Positions 9,737 through 19,400 of a DNA stretch of 64,000 bases are shown in pieces. The notes beneath the pieces were generated by a model, which ran no database searches, had not been told where the DNA came from, and worked only from the letters and a program-made list of their open reading frames with translations. The position numbers and the translations under genes are program-made. Origin of the DNA: Parcubacteria group bacterium (GTDB lineage: Bacteria > Patescibacteriota > Minisyncoccia > Phycocordibacterales > DATDWN01); assembly GCA_038327915.1 (NCBI GenBank), contig JBBQLO010000001.1:20407-84406 (forward strand), written 5' to 3'. Within the stretch, counting starts at the first letter, position 1, and every line of letters begins with the position of its first letter.

Positions 9737-10455
9737 CTCAAGAAAAATTTATAACAAAAGAAGAAAAAATTCAGGAGACGGTTCTCGAAAAGATTCGATG
9801 TAATGAGATAACCATGCGTCCGAAATTTTATCATTTCATGAAAGTCGTGGTATTTATTCTTGTAACTTTTTTAATTTTAGTTATTTCCGTATTTATTTTT
9901 AGTTTTATTCTTTTCAGTATTCGTGCTTCAAGTCAGTTGTTTTTACTCGGATTTGGACTGCGTGGTATCGTTGTGTTTTTTGTGCTTTTTCCGTGGTTTC
10001 TTTGTATTTTGGATATTGTATTGATTTGTGTTCTTGAACTTCTACTCCGACATTTTCGATTTGGTTATAGACGCTCTGCAATCTACCTTCTTGGGGGTAT
10101 TCTCGTGGTCATGATTTCCCTGGGTTTTCTTTTGGAGCGTGTCCGTTTTCATGAAGGATTACTTGATATTTCTGAGCATCATCGTCTTCTTTTTCCCCTT
10201 GGTGAAATGTATGCACATACGCGTGCCCTGCCTGCTCACGAGCAAGGACTCTGTCGGTGCGTTATAACGGCTATTTCGGTGGATTCCCTTATACTCAGAG
10301 ATGATGATTCTTCCTACGGGACCACTACTGAATTTGTTGTGGCGCTGCCACTTTCATTTGTTACAGACACATTTGTGGTAGGTGATCGGGTTTTTGTAGC
10401 AGGTACAGTGATTGACGGAAAAGCTCAAGCATTTGGGATTCAAAAAATGAAATAA
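9733..10455 (+). CDS. putative anti-sigma factor / membrane protein
   Basis: Overlaps the sigma gene by 4 nt (ATGA). Has a cytoplasmic N-terminus, then multiple TM helices, then a C-terminal domain. The call rests on position only. Confidence 0.4.
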   Translation: MTQEKFITKEEKIQETVLEKIRCNEITMRPKFYHFMKVVVFILVTFLILVISVFIFSFILFSIRASSQLFLLGFGLRGIVVFFVLFPWFLCILDIVLICVLELLLRHFRFGYRRSAIYLLGGILVVMISLGFLLERVRFHEGLLDISEHHRLLFPLGEMYAHTRALPAHEQGLCRCVITAISVDSLILRDDDSSYGTTTEFVVALPLSFVTDTFVVGDRVFVAGTVIDGKAQAFGIQKMK

Positions 10456-10532
10456 AAACTCTTTTGTGGGTGTATGAATATGCATAGCAACTGTAATCAT
10501 AGCTGTGTACAAGGAATACACATATAATACAT

Positions 10533-10946
10533 ATGAAAAAAATCATCAGAAAGTCACTTAAGGGGTCACTACGAAGATATGGTAAAATTAAAAATACACT
10601 GTGGGCGAGTGCTCGAGCGGGTTTTGTTACATCCATGATGCTTGTTGGTACTAGTACTGCCTTTGCCCAGCCTTACACTCTATATCGAGGGGGTATGACT
10701 TCATCCCCCCAGTCTGTCTTTGACCAAGCGGACCAAGCGGATTATATTCCTTTTGTTTCCTCAACTGATGCCAAAGTAGACTCAAAGATGCACACAATGC
10801 ACCGCTTTAATTCTCGTTCTCGAGCTAGGGGACTGGCTAAGGGTCTCGGTGTGTCAGAAAGTGACATGAGTCGGGCACTCAGTGCAGGTAAACCAGTCAA
10901 ACAGATGTTAATAGAAAAAGGAATTATGCCGTCGGAATTGAAATAA
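10533..10946 (+). CDS. small secreted protein, hypothetical
   Basis: Basic N-terminus followed by a hydrophobic core ending 'AFAQP', which is signal-peptide-like. 137 aa. Confidence 0.4.
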   Translation: MKKIIRKSLKGSLRRYGKIKNTLWASARAGFVTSMMLVGTSTAFAQPYTLYRGGMTSSPQSVFDQADQADYIPFVSSTDAKVDSKMHTMHRFNSRSRARGLAKGLGVSESDMSRALSAGKPVKQMLIEKGIMPSELK

Positions 10947-10972
10947 AACTAATTTACTTTAAAATTTAATTC

Positions 10973-11527
10973 TTGACTAATGGTATGGAACTAAAAGCAA
11001 AAAAAAATATAGGTATTATTGTTGGATCAATCGTTGTTGTCATGATCTCAGTGGCGGTATACATTTTAGTTAAATCTTCAAAAAAAATGGAAGTAGTGGT
11101 ATTGGATCATATAGATACAACACAGACACAGGCAGGTGTGACAATTAATGCGACAAGTAGTGTTGCAACTACAGAACGTGTCAACTCACACGGATCAATG
11201 ATGGGAAGTGGGGGTGGTATGATGGCACCTACTTATAAAAACGGCACATATACTGCAGTGGGTTCGTACAATTCTCCCGGAGGTTTAGAAAAAATAAAAG
11301 TATCACTCACTCTTCAAAATGACACTGTCGTGGAGGCGATCACTGTTGGTGAAGCGTCTTCTCCAACGTCAAAAGAATATCAGGCACAGTTTATATCAGG
11401 TTTCAGGCCGAGTGTTGTTGGTAAAAATATAACAGCCATTTCTCTTGATGTTGTATCCGGATCTTCACTGACATCTCAAGGCTTTAACGATGCTGTACTA
11501 AAAATTAAGACACAAGCGAAAGGTTAG
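10973..11527 (+). CDS. membrane-anchored FMN-binding domain protein (flavinylation substrate candidate)
   Basis: N-terminal TM anchor. 'YKNGTYTAVGSYNSPGGLEKIKVSLTLQNDTVVEAITV' and 'DVVSGSSLTSQGFNDAV' match the FMN_bind domain pattern, including an [ST]G[AS][ST]-like flavin attachment motif. Confidence 0.55.
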   Translation: MTNGMELKAKKNIGIIVGSIVVVMISVAVYILVKSSKKMEVVVLDHIDTTQTQAGVTINATSSVATTERVNSHGSMMGSGGGMMAPTYKNGTYTAVGSYNSPGGLEKIKVSLTLQNDTVVEAITVGEASSPTSKEYQAQFISGFRPSVVGKNITAISLDVVSGSSLTSQGFNDAVLKIKTQAKG

Positions 11528-11536
11528 AACCGGACT

Positions 11537-12511
11537 ATGCGGTTACCAACTTTTTCATTTGAAGCCATTGGTACGCAGTGGGCAATATACATCGGAGATG
11601 AGGATGGAGAAGTTTCTTCCGATTTAAGTTTAGAATTGTCTGAAAAAATTCAAAAGAGGATCGCTGTATTTGATCTGCACTACTCGCGTTTCAGATCAGA
11701 TTCTCTCGTGTCTGAAATGTCTCGAGTTGCTGGAGTGTATACGTTGCCAGCTGATGCAGAAGCATTGTTTGACGTGTATAAGAAAACATACGACGTGACT
11801 GGGGGTCTTGTCACTCCACTCATCGGTCAGGCTCTCGTTGATCTTGGATACGATGCACAATACTCCCTTGTGCCAAAGACGGTTATCGGAAAAGTACCCC
11901 AATGGAAAGACGTTCTACACTATGATTACCCACTTCTCACTGTGAAGACTCCCGTACTTCTTGATTTTGGGGCTGCGGGTAAGGGCTATTTGATTGACAT
12001 TATAGGGAAGATACTCAAAGATAGCCTGAGAAACAGTAAAGTATTTTCTTTTACCGTCGATGCTGGTGGAGATATTTTGCACGCAAAATGCGAAAAGCAT
12101 ATTACTTCCCCTAGGCAGCGCCTAGGGGTGATGAAAATAGAAAAAAAACTACGAGTTGGACTCGAGAATCCCGAAGACACCACTCAAATAATTGGTGTGG
12201 CAGAAGTTTGCAATGAAAGTATTTGTGGCTCTGCGGGCAATCGTCGCACGTGGCAAAAGTTGGGAAACAAAGGAGAAATAAAAAAACTTACACACATTAT
12301 TCACCCCGAAACGCATTCATCTCCGAAAGGAATATCTGCCATTTGGACTATTGCTTCGACCGCGTGTGTTGCCGACATGCTCGCCACTGCACTTTCTTTT
12401 GTTTCTCCTGAAATACTCAGACCACATTTTTTATTCGAATACCTCATTCTGAACACCGACTACAGTATCAATAAATCAGAGGGTTTTGTGGTTGAATTAT
12501 TTACAGTATAA
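11537..12511 (+). CDS. apbE: FAD:protein FMN transferase, ApbE family
   Basis: ApbE blocks are present: 'AIGTQWAI', 'LLDFGAAGKGYLID', 'FTVDAGGDIL', 'GSAGNRRTW...HIIHPETHSSP' and 'ADMLATALSF'. Confidence 0.75.
   Translation: MRLPTFSFEAIGTQWAIYIGDEDGEVSSDLSLELSEKIQKRIAVFDLHYSRFRSDSLVSEMSRVAGVYTLPADAEALFDVYKKTYDVTGGLVTPLIGQALVDLGYDAQYSLVPKTVIGKVPQWKDVLHYDYPLLTVKTPVLLDFGAAGKGYLIDIIGKILKDSLRNSKVFSFTVDAGGDILHAKCEKHITSPRQRLGVMKIEKKLRVGLENPEDTTQIIGVAEVCNESICGSAGNRRTWQKLGNKGEIKKLTHIIHPETHSSPKGISAIWTIASTACVADMLATALSFVSPEILRPHFLFEYLILNTDYSINKSEGFVVELFTV
12108..12128. repeat. palindrome CCCCTAGGC-AGC-GCCTAGGGG inside apbE coding sequence
   Basis: Perfect 9-bp arms. It shares the core CCTAGGCARCGCCTAGG with the intergenic palindrome at 14541-14573. 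Confidence 0.5.
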
Positions 12512-12569
12512 TGTGATGAGTAATAAAATCTTTTTTGTGAAAAGAAATATTTTTTAATAATAAATTTTT

Positions 12570-14180
12570 ATGGAAAAAATCGATAATTTTTTAAATGACA
12601 TCACTATGTATAGAGTAATGCTTTACGGTCTTTGCATTTTAGCCGTTATTGCGATTATCTTTGGATTTTTGGGGGTTATTTCCTATTCTGGGTTTTCACT
12701 TTTTTTAAGTCTTGTCGTTATTATTTTTGCTTGTTTTACAACAAATCTAATTTTTGCAAAAATATTTCGAGCGCCAACAAACGTTGAGTCGTCGTGGATT
12801 ACTGGTTTTATTTTATTTTTTATACTTTCACCGATCACTATTTCTTCTATCTTTCCCTTTCTTTCTCTTTCCACTTTTTCAAAAATTTTGATATTCATTT
12901 TAGTTGGTACGATAGCAATGGCTTCTAAGTATATTCTCGCCATTGGCAAAAAACATATTTTTAATGCAGTTGCTATATCACTTTTTGTGATTGGTTTATT
13001 TGGTTTAGGCATAGGTATATGGTGGATAGCGAGTCCGGCGATGCTTGGACCAGTCGCTTTTTTGGGTTTTTTTATTTTACGCAAAACTCGTCGCTTCTCG
13101 CTCTTTTTTGCTTTTTTGGTACCGGCATATATTGCTATTTTAGTTTTTGCATTTTTAAATCACGTAGTATTGTCTAGTCTTTTTCTTCAAGTTTTTACTT
13201 CGTGGCCGATTATTTTCTTCGGCACCATTATGCTGACAGAACCACTCACCACTCCTCCATATCTTCGAATGCAGGTTATATACGGAATTTTGGTCGGAGT
13301 TCTTTTTGGCTCACAATTTTCTTTTGGACCAGTTTACTCCACTCCAGAATTTGCTTTGATTGTTGGAAATATTTTTGCTTATATAGTCAGTCCAAAACAA
13401 AAATTGATGTTAGAGCTTACAGAGAAAAAGAAAATTGCTTCAAATATTTTTGAATTTATTTTTACGTCCCCTCAAGTTGCTCTTCGAAAATTTTATTTTA
13501 AACCAGGACAATATTTAGAATGGACACTTGCACACAGTCACCCAGACACTCGTGGTAACAGGCGTTATTTCACTATTGCTTCTTCGCCGACCGAAGACAC
13601 TATTCGCCTCGGCATACGTACTGACCCGCTTGAGTCTAGTTCATTTAAGAAAAAATTAGTGTCGATGAAAAAGGGTGATCTGATAGTAGCATCTCAACTT
13701 GCAGGAGAGTTTACTATGCCGATAGATCATCACATCTCGATGGTTTGGATTGCAGGAGGTATTGGGGTAACACCTTTTCGTAGTATGCTTATGTATTTAT
13801 TGGACAAAAATGCAGAACAGAAAGAGAATAATATAAAGAAAAATAAAAACCAAGAAGAAATACATAACATCACTCTTTTTTATTCCAACAAAACTTTTAT
13901 AGATATTGCATATGCAGACATTCTTGATCGTGCCGAGAGGGAACTAGGAGTGAAAGTTGTGGTAACACTTACCGACATGGCTTCATTGCCCCCAGACTGG
14001 CAGGGCGAAACAGGATTTGTTGATCGAAGAATGATTGCGCGCCACGTCGTCGACCCTACCGTCTGCATGTACTATATTTCCGGTCCACACAACATGGTCA
14101 CTGCATATGAAACTGTACTTGCAGCCATGAATGTACGTTCTTCGCACATAAAGTCTGACTTCTTTCCTGGATTTGCATAA
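12570..14180 (+). CDS. membrane-bound NOX/FNR-like oxidoreductase (polytopic TM domain plus FAD/NAD(P)-binding domain)
   Basis: Roughly 280 aa of TM helices with only 2 His, so not a classical bis-heme ferric reductase domain. The C-terminus carries 'RRYFTIASSP' (the RxYS FAD motif), 'GGIGVTPFRSML' (the NAD(P) GGxGxxP motif) and 'CMYYISGPHNMV'. Confidence 0.65.
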   Translation: MEKIDNFLNDITMYRVMLYGLCILAVIAIIFGFLGVISYSGFSLFLSLVVIIFACFTTNLIFAKIFRAPTNVESSWITGFILFFILSPITISSIFPFLSLSTFSKILIFILVGTIAMASKYILAIGKKHIFNAVAISLFVIGLFGLGIGIWWIASPAMLGPVAFLGFFILRKTRRFSLFFAFLVPAYIAILVFAFLNHVVLSSLFLQVFTSWPIIFFGTIMLTEPLTTPPYLRMQVIYGILVGVLFGSQFSFGPVYSTPEFALIVGNIFAYIVSPKQKLMLELTEKKKIASNIFEFIFTSPQVALRKFYFKPGQYLEWTLAHSHPDTRGNRRYFTIASSPTEDTIRLGIRTDPLESSSFKKKLVSMKKGDLIVASQLAGEFTMPIDHHISMVWIAGGIGVTPFRSMLMYLLDKNAEQKENNIKKNKNQEEIHNITLFYSNKTFIDIAYADILDRAERELGVKVVVTLTDMASLPPDWQGETGFVDRRMIARHVVDPTVCMYYISGPHNMVTAYETVLAAMNVRSSHIKSDFFPGFA

Positions 14181-14221
14181 AAGCTTTGTTTCTAGATCCA
14201 TTTTTGATTTTTGGATAGCAA

Positions 14222-14251
14222 TTGACAAAATACATTTTACTGTTGTAAAAT
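14222..14251 (+). promoter_or_regulatory. sigma-70-like promoter (TTGACA-18-TAAAAT) upstream of small ORF
   Basis: TTGACA at 14222-14227 and TAAAAT at 14246-14251. A strong SD 'AAAGGAG' lies at 14286-14292. Confidence 0.4.
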
Positions 14252-14297
14252 ACAGTGGAAAGCTGAAAACAAGCTAAAGTTTTTAAAAGGAGAAAAT

Positions 14298-14516
14298 ATG
14301 ATCTGTATTAATTTTCGGAGTCACCAAATTACTATTAACGTAGAGGACCTTGATTGTGGGAGTAGACCAGGCAATAGTTCTTCTTTGGTTGTGTCTAAAG
14401 AAGGTCAGGGTCACACCTGCAAATTTGTAGGCATGAACAATACCTACAGTAGTGGAAATTTCGAACTCGAAGGTCAAGCTCTATTTTATCTCATGCAAGC
14501 GATTGTGAATGTATAG
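14298..14516 (+). CDS. small protein (72 aa), hypothetical, with consensus promoter and SD
   Basis: ATG preceded by AAAGGAGAAAAT. No signal peptide or known motif. Followed by a 15-bp palindromic hairpin. Confidence 0.3.
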   Translation: MICINFRSHQITINVEDLDCGSRPGNSSSLVVSKEGQGHTCKFVGMNNTYSSGNFELEGQALFYLMQAIVNV

Positions 14517-14540
14517 TTTGATTGGAAGGACGGGCTAAAT

Positions 14541-14573
14541 CCCTCAGCCCTAGGCAACGCCTAGGGCTGAGGG
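14541..14573. repeat. 15-bp-arm perfect palindrome CCCTCAGCCCTAGGC-AAC-GCCTAGGGCTGAGGG
   Basis: Seen directly in the sequence. No T-run follows on either strand, so it is not a classical terminator. Confidence 0.6.
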
Positions 14574-14658
14574 ACGGATTAATCAAGCGGCGTCACTAAG
14601 ACTCCGAGAAATCGGGGTCGTCTTATATATACAAAATATTTCATGCTACAATTGTCAC

Positions 14659-16362
14659 ATGACTCAAGCCGAAGCACTCGACATATTGAAAATGGGTAAG
14701 AATGTTTTTCTTACTGGGCCAGCTGGTAGTGGAAAGACGTTTGTCTTGAATTCCTATGTTGAGTATCTCAAATCAAACGCGGTGGATGTCGCAGTAACTG
14801 CTTCGACGGGTATTGCAGCGACACACCTGGGAGGTATGACCATACACTCGTGGTCTGGTCTTGGTATACGGAGTACGCTGACGGACTACGATATCGAAGA
14901 CATGATGAGTAAACAATATTTGTACAAACGCTTTGAGCGGACAAAAGTACTCATTATCGACGAAGTTTCTATGCTTCATCACTTTCGTCTCGACTTAATC
15001 GAGTGGATTTGTAGGCAGTTTAAACACAACGACTCGCCTTTTGGTGGTATGCAAATTATACTTTCCGGAGATTTCTTTCAGCTACCGCCGGTGACGCGGG
15101 GTGACGTTTTAGAATCTGAATTTGCTTACAAGGCAGACTCGTGGGCACGCTCTGATTTCACCATCTGTCATCTTTCGGAACAACATCGACAGAAAGACGA
15201 CGTATATCTCGAAATTCTTAACCAGATTCGTCAAAATAATGTGAGTAAAAAAACTCTAGCTCTTTTACAGAGCAGAATAAATCAGGATCCTGAATCCGGA
15301 GCAGAACCGACTAAACTTTTTACACATAATGTAGATGTCGATGTCATCAATCACCGCCATCTCGATCTGATAGAAGGGGATATTAAAAAGTTTATTATGA
15401 CTTCTCGGGGTTCTCCGGGACTTGTTGAGAGTCTTAAAAAAAGTTGTCTTTCTCCGGAAACACTTGTGTTGAAATTGGGCGCACGGGTAATGTTTACTAA
15501 AAATAGCCAGCAGAATCAATATGGCGAAGATTACCAGCACAGCTACGTTAACGGCACACTAGGTGTGGTCAGTGATTTTAATTCATTTGGCGACCCCGTT
15601 ATTCGCACTATTCAAGGAAATACGTTCAGCGTTTCGCCTGCAAGTTGGAAAATAGAAGAGGAGGGAAAAATAAAAGCAGAGATTTCACAGTTACCGCTAC
15701 GTCTTGCGTGGGCCATTACGGTACATAAAAGTCAGGGCATGTCTCTCGATGCTATGGAGGTTGATTTGTCAAAGTCTTTTGTACGGGGGATGGGCTATGT
15801 TGCGCTTTCTCGGGTGCGATCCCTCGGTGGGATGAAACTTCTTGGTTATAATGCAATGGCTTTGCAAGTAGATACCGAAGTTCTTGCACAAGACGCACTT
15901 ATGCGCGACATGTCCGAGGACACTGGAAGTGATTTGAAAGAAATGACTCGCGGGGAAATAACGGCGGTGCAAAATGAGTTTATGAAAAAAATTGAACCGG
16001 ACGAAAAAAAGAAAATAAAAATAAAAGAAGGGAAAATAAAAAAAGAGCAAAATAAATCGACGCATGACATCACGGCTGATTTGCTGGCAGAGAAAATGTC
16101 AATCGGAGAAATGGCTGAGACTCGAAAAATGACACAAGAAACGATAATTTCGCATATCGAAAAACTAATTGAATTAAAAACAAATCCAGACTTTGCATAT
16201 TTACGAGATGAATTAGGGCGTGGAGAATTTAAAGATATGTTAGAAGCCTTTGCCAAAGCTAAGACAAAGACTCTCGCTCCTGTTTATAATATTTTAGACA
16301 AAAATAAAAAAAATCCAAGTTACCTCAAACTTCGACTGGCACGGCTTTTTTTGGAGAAATAA
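14659..16362 (+). CDS. PIF1/RecD-like SF1B 5'-3' DNA helicase with C-terminal HTH-like domain
   Basis: Walker A 'LTGPAGSGKTFVL', motif II 'LIIDEVSM', 'ITVHKSQGMS', and a Lys/Glu-rich linker leading to a C-terminal helical domain. Confidence 0.75.
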   Translation: MTQAEALDILKMGKNVFLTGPAGSGKTFVLNSYVEYLKSNAVDVAVTASTGIAATHLGGMTIHSWSGLGIRSTLTDYDIEDMMSKQYLYKRFERTKVLIIDEVSMLHHFRLDLIEWICRQFKHNDSPFGGMQIILSGDFFQLPPVTRGDVLESEFAYKADSWARSDFTICHLSEQHRQKDDVYLEILNQIRQNNVSKKTLALLQSRINQDPESGAEPTKLFTHNVDVDVINHRHLDLIEGDIKKFIMTSRGSPGLVESLKKSCLSPETLVLKLGARVMFTKNSQQNQYGEDYQHSYVNGTLGVVSDFNSFGDPVIRTIQGNTFSVSPASWKIEEEGKIKAEISQLPLRLAWAITVHKSQGMSLDAMEVDLSKSFVRGMGYVALSRVRSLGGMKLLGYNAMALQVDTEVLAQDALMRDMSEDTGSDLKEMTRGEITAVQNEFMKKIEPDEKKKIKIKEGKIKKEQNKSTHDITADLLAEKMSIGEMAETRKMTQETIISHIEKLIELKTNPDFAYLRDELGRGEFKDMLEAFAKAKTKTLAPVYNILDKNKKNPSYLKLRLARLFLEK

Positions 16363-16474
16363 TGTTGTCAGTAATAATGCATACATCGGGCGTATGATGG
16401 AATGTGGGGATTACTGTCTGGATTACAAATTATAAATAAAATATAATAATGTAATTATAATTAGTTTTAATAAT

Positions 16475-19400
16475 ATGACTAAGAAAATACATGTTCGACT
16501 GCGCTGTCCTCCATTATTATTTTCATTAGTTATAATATTTGTTTGTTCTATTTTTTTCAGTCTTCCTTTTGGTATTTTTAGTAAAGTGGCATATGCCACT
16601 TTTTTTCCGCCCTTTCCCCCACCTCCTCCCGGTAATCTTGATCTCAGTATAGATTCTCAGGGTAATATTCCATCAGTTTCTATATCTTGTACGGTAGGCC
16701 ATGACTATACACTGGCACTCGTTCACGAAGAAGATGGTGTTGTTTCGTACAGTCCCGGTGTTAAGCAAAGAATATATTGTCTCACAGGCGTGATAACATT
16801 TGATGGTTTCAATCTTAATGAGCAATTAAAACTGTATGTAGATATACATTACCCTGTATATTATTACATTCGTTCACCACTCGAGTATGTTATAAAAGAT
16901 ACAACAGGATTGGGTTCGGGGATTGGGTGCAACCAAAACAGTTGCCCACTTATAAATGAAACGGGAGATTTTAATAGTTATAACTATTCTTCATATCTCC
17001 CATCGTCAAGTTATTGGCCGACTGTTGCTGCCGGACCGACTTTTGTTACTTATAATTATGTGACGTGGTTTAATCGTACAAATGGAAATGGGGTCGCAAA
17101 TGTATACCCACCCTCAGGAAATTCGAGTGTTCTTTTCTTGCCTGGGATTGAAGCAAGTCGTTTATATGTGGCAGCCCAGCCGAGTGCGGGAATTCCAGAA
17201 AGAAGACTGTGGGAGCCAAGTAATGACCAAGACGTAGAGCATCTATATCTCGATTCAAATGGCAAACAGCCCGTGTCTGCATTTCCCGTTTTCAACAACA
17301 TTTACACTCGTGATGTTATTAATAGTGCATACGGAACGATAGGTATTTATGGATCTTTCCTTTCTCAGCTAGAAAAAATGAAATCGACCGACCATTCTAT
17401 CGCCGACTATGCCGCAGTGCCTTATGACTGGCGCCTGTCGCTTGACGATATTTTGAACGGGGGCGTTAAGAGTGGCGAAGGAAGTAATGTCCAAATTTCA
17501 TTTATCTCAACAACTTTTGATCCGTACATTATTTCTGAATTACGTCGTCTGGTTCTCGGCTCAAAGTCAGGAAATGTAACTATCGTGGCACATTCAAATG
17601 GTGGGCTGGTAGCAAAAGCTTTGCTCAAAAGACTTTCGGACACGCACGACCCACTTTTAGAGAAAATAGATAAGCTTATATTGGTTGCGGTACCTCAACT
17701 TGGAACGCCGGAAGCAATCGCCGCAACTTTGCATGGTAAAGAACAGGGTATTCCGCCCGCTTTCCCTGTAATTCTCAATGAAAATACCGCAAGAGGTTTT
17801 GCTCAAAATAGTCCGATGGCATACAACTTATTGCCGGATAACAATTACATTACTTATGTAGATACACCTGTGGTAACATTTGATTCTACTCTACCTGACT
17901 GGAGTGCAAAATATGGTAGTACGATTCATTCCACCGGAGGTCTGCATACGTTTCTCACTGATACATATGGAAGAGTGGAGGCAACAAGTGTTGATGTCAG
18001 TAAACCAGATACACTTAACGCTTCGCTTCTGACTGCATCAGAAGACATGCATGCATCTCTCGATGCGTGGCCAATTCCTGAAAGTATTGATGTGACAGAA
18101 ATAGCAGGTTGGGGAGTGCCTTCGACCATGAGTGGAATTGTATATACAAAGAAAAAACAATGCGCCGAGGTTGTGTGTGCAAACCTGCTAGCGCCAACTG
18201 TTGAGCCTAATCCAACGTGGACTATAGATGGTGATGGAACGGTAGTCACTGCGAGTGCTCTGTGGGCAAATGGCAGTACGACCATGAAGAGATATTGGGT
18301 GGATATGAAGGGATATAACAATGATCATAAACTTCAAACATTAGGAGGATTAAATAATTTTGATCATAAAAATATTCTGCAAATTTATGAATTAAATAAT
18401 TTTATTTCAGATATTGTTTTAGGCTCTCCACATCCTCTCACCAGTTATACTTATTTGTCTATCGAAGCTCCTGCAAGTAGAGAAAATCGTTTAATGTATT
18501 CTCTCCACTCGCCCCTCACTCTCAACCTTTACGACACTAAAGGTCGTCACACAGGTATTTCCACTACCACTGGCCGGATCGAAGAACAAATTCCTGACAC
18601 CTACTACACCCAGTTTGGAGATGTCAAATATATTTTTAGTGACGACGCCACGACAAGTGAGGTAGTAATGAACGGCTATGCCACAGGGACTTTTACATTT
18701 AACATCAATCAATTGCAGGGTGATACACTCATTGCGAGCACCACATTCAAAGATATTCCGACAAGTACGACCACTCAAGTGACTTTAAATATTGGAGGCT
18801 CAGTGAGTACACTCTCTCCTATGAGCATAGATAAAAATGGTGACGGCATTATTGACACAGTGCTCGCTCCCAAACTCAATGGTGTGGTCACTCTCGACAC
18901 TACTCCGCCAGTGACTACCGCCACGACAACAGGAACGAGAGGTAAAAACGGCTGGTATACGAGCGATGTATCAGTTCAACTTGGCGCAACCGATACTGAA
19001 AGTGGAGTTGCGACCACATGGTATTCAATAAACGGAAAGACGTGGCTTGCGTACAGTACGAGTAGTCCAATTATTGTAAATATAGAGGGAACTACCACTG
19101 TTTCATATTATTCTACCGACATTGCTGGCAATAGCGAAGCGACAAATACGCGTGTCATTAAAATAGACAAGACTACTCCCGAGGCTCTAATAACTTTTGA
19201 CCCTGTCTCCCAGCAGTTAACTGTTTTAGGTACAGATGCAATTTCCAGCACAACAGTTTTCACTACTGCAACCTCATCACTCATTACCGACACGGCAGGG
19301 CACACTCTCCAGATTTTCTTTACTCAATTACAAAAAAAAGTAAAATCACATATTATTAATCTTGTCGTTACCAAACTCAGCTACGATGGGGTTGCAACTA

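Noticed and set aside
12570-13400. Classical ferric-reductase (bis-heme, 4-His) transmembrane domain in the NOX/FNR-like protein
   Set aside because: Only two His residues occur in the entire TM region, so a canonical heme-binding FRD domain is not supported. The TM domain is left uncharacterised.
4331-14640. Shared 13-mer ggtcgtcttatat upstream of genes at 4486 and 14659
   Set aside because: A 13-nt match is expected many times by chance in 64 kb on two strands, and there is no extended similarity around it.
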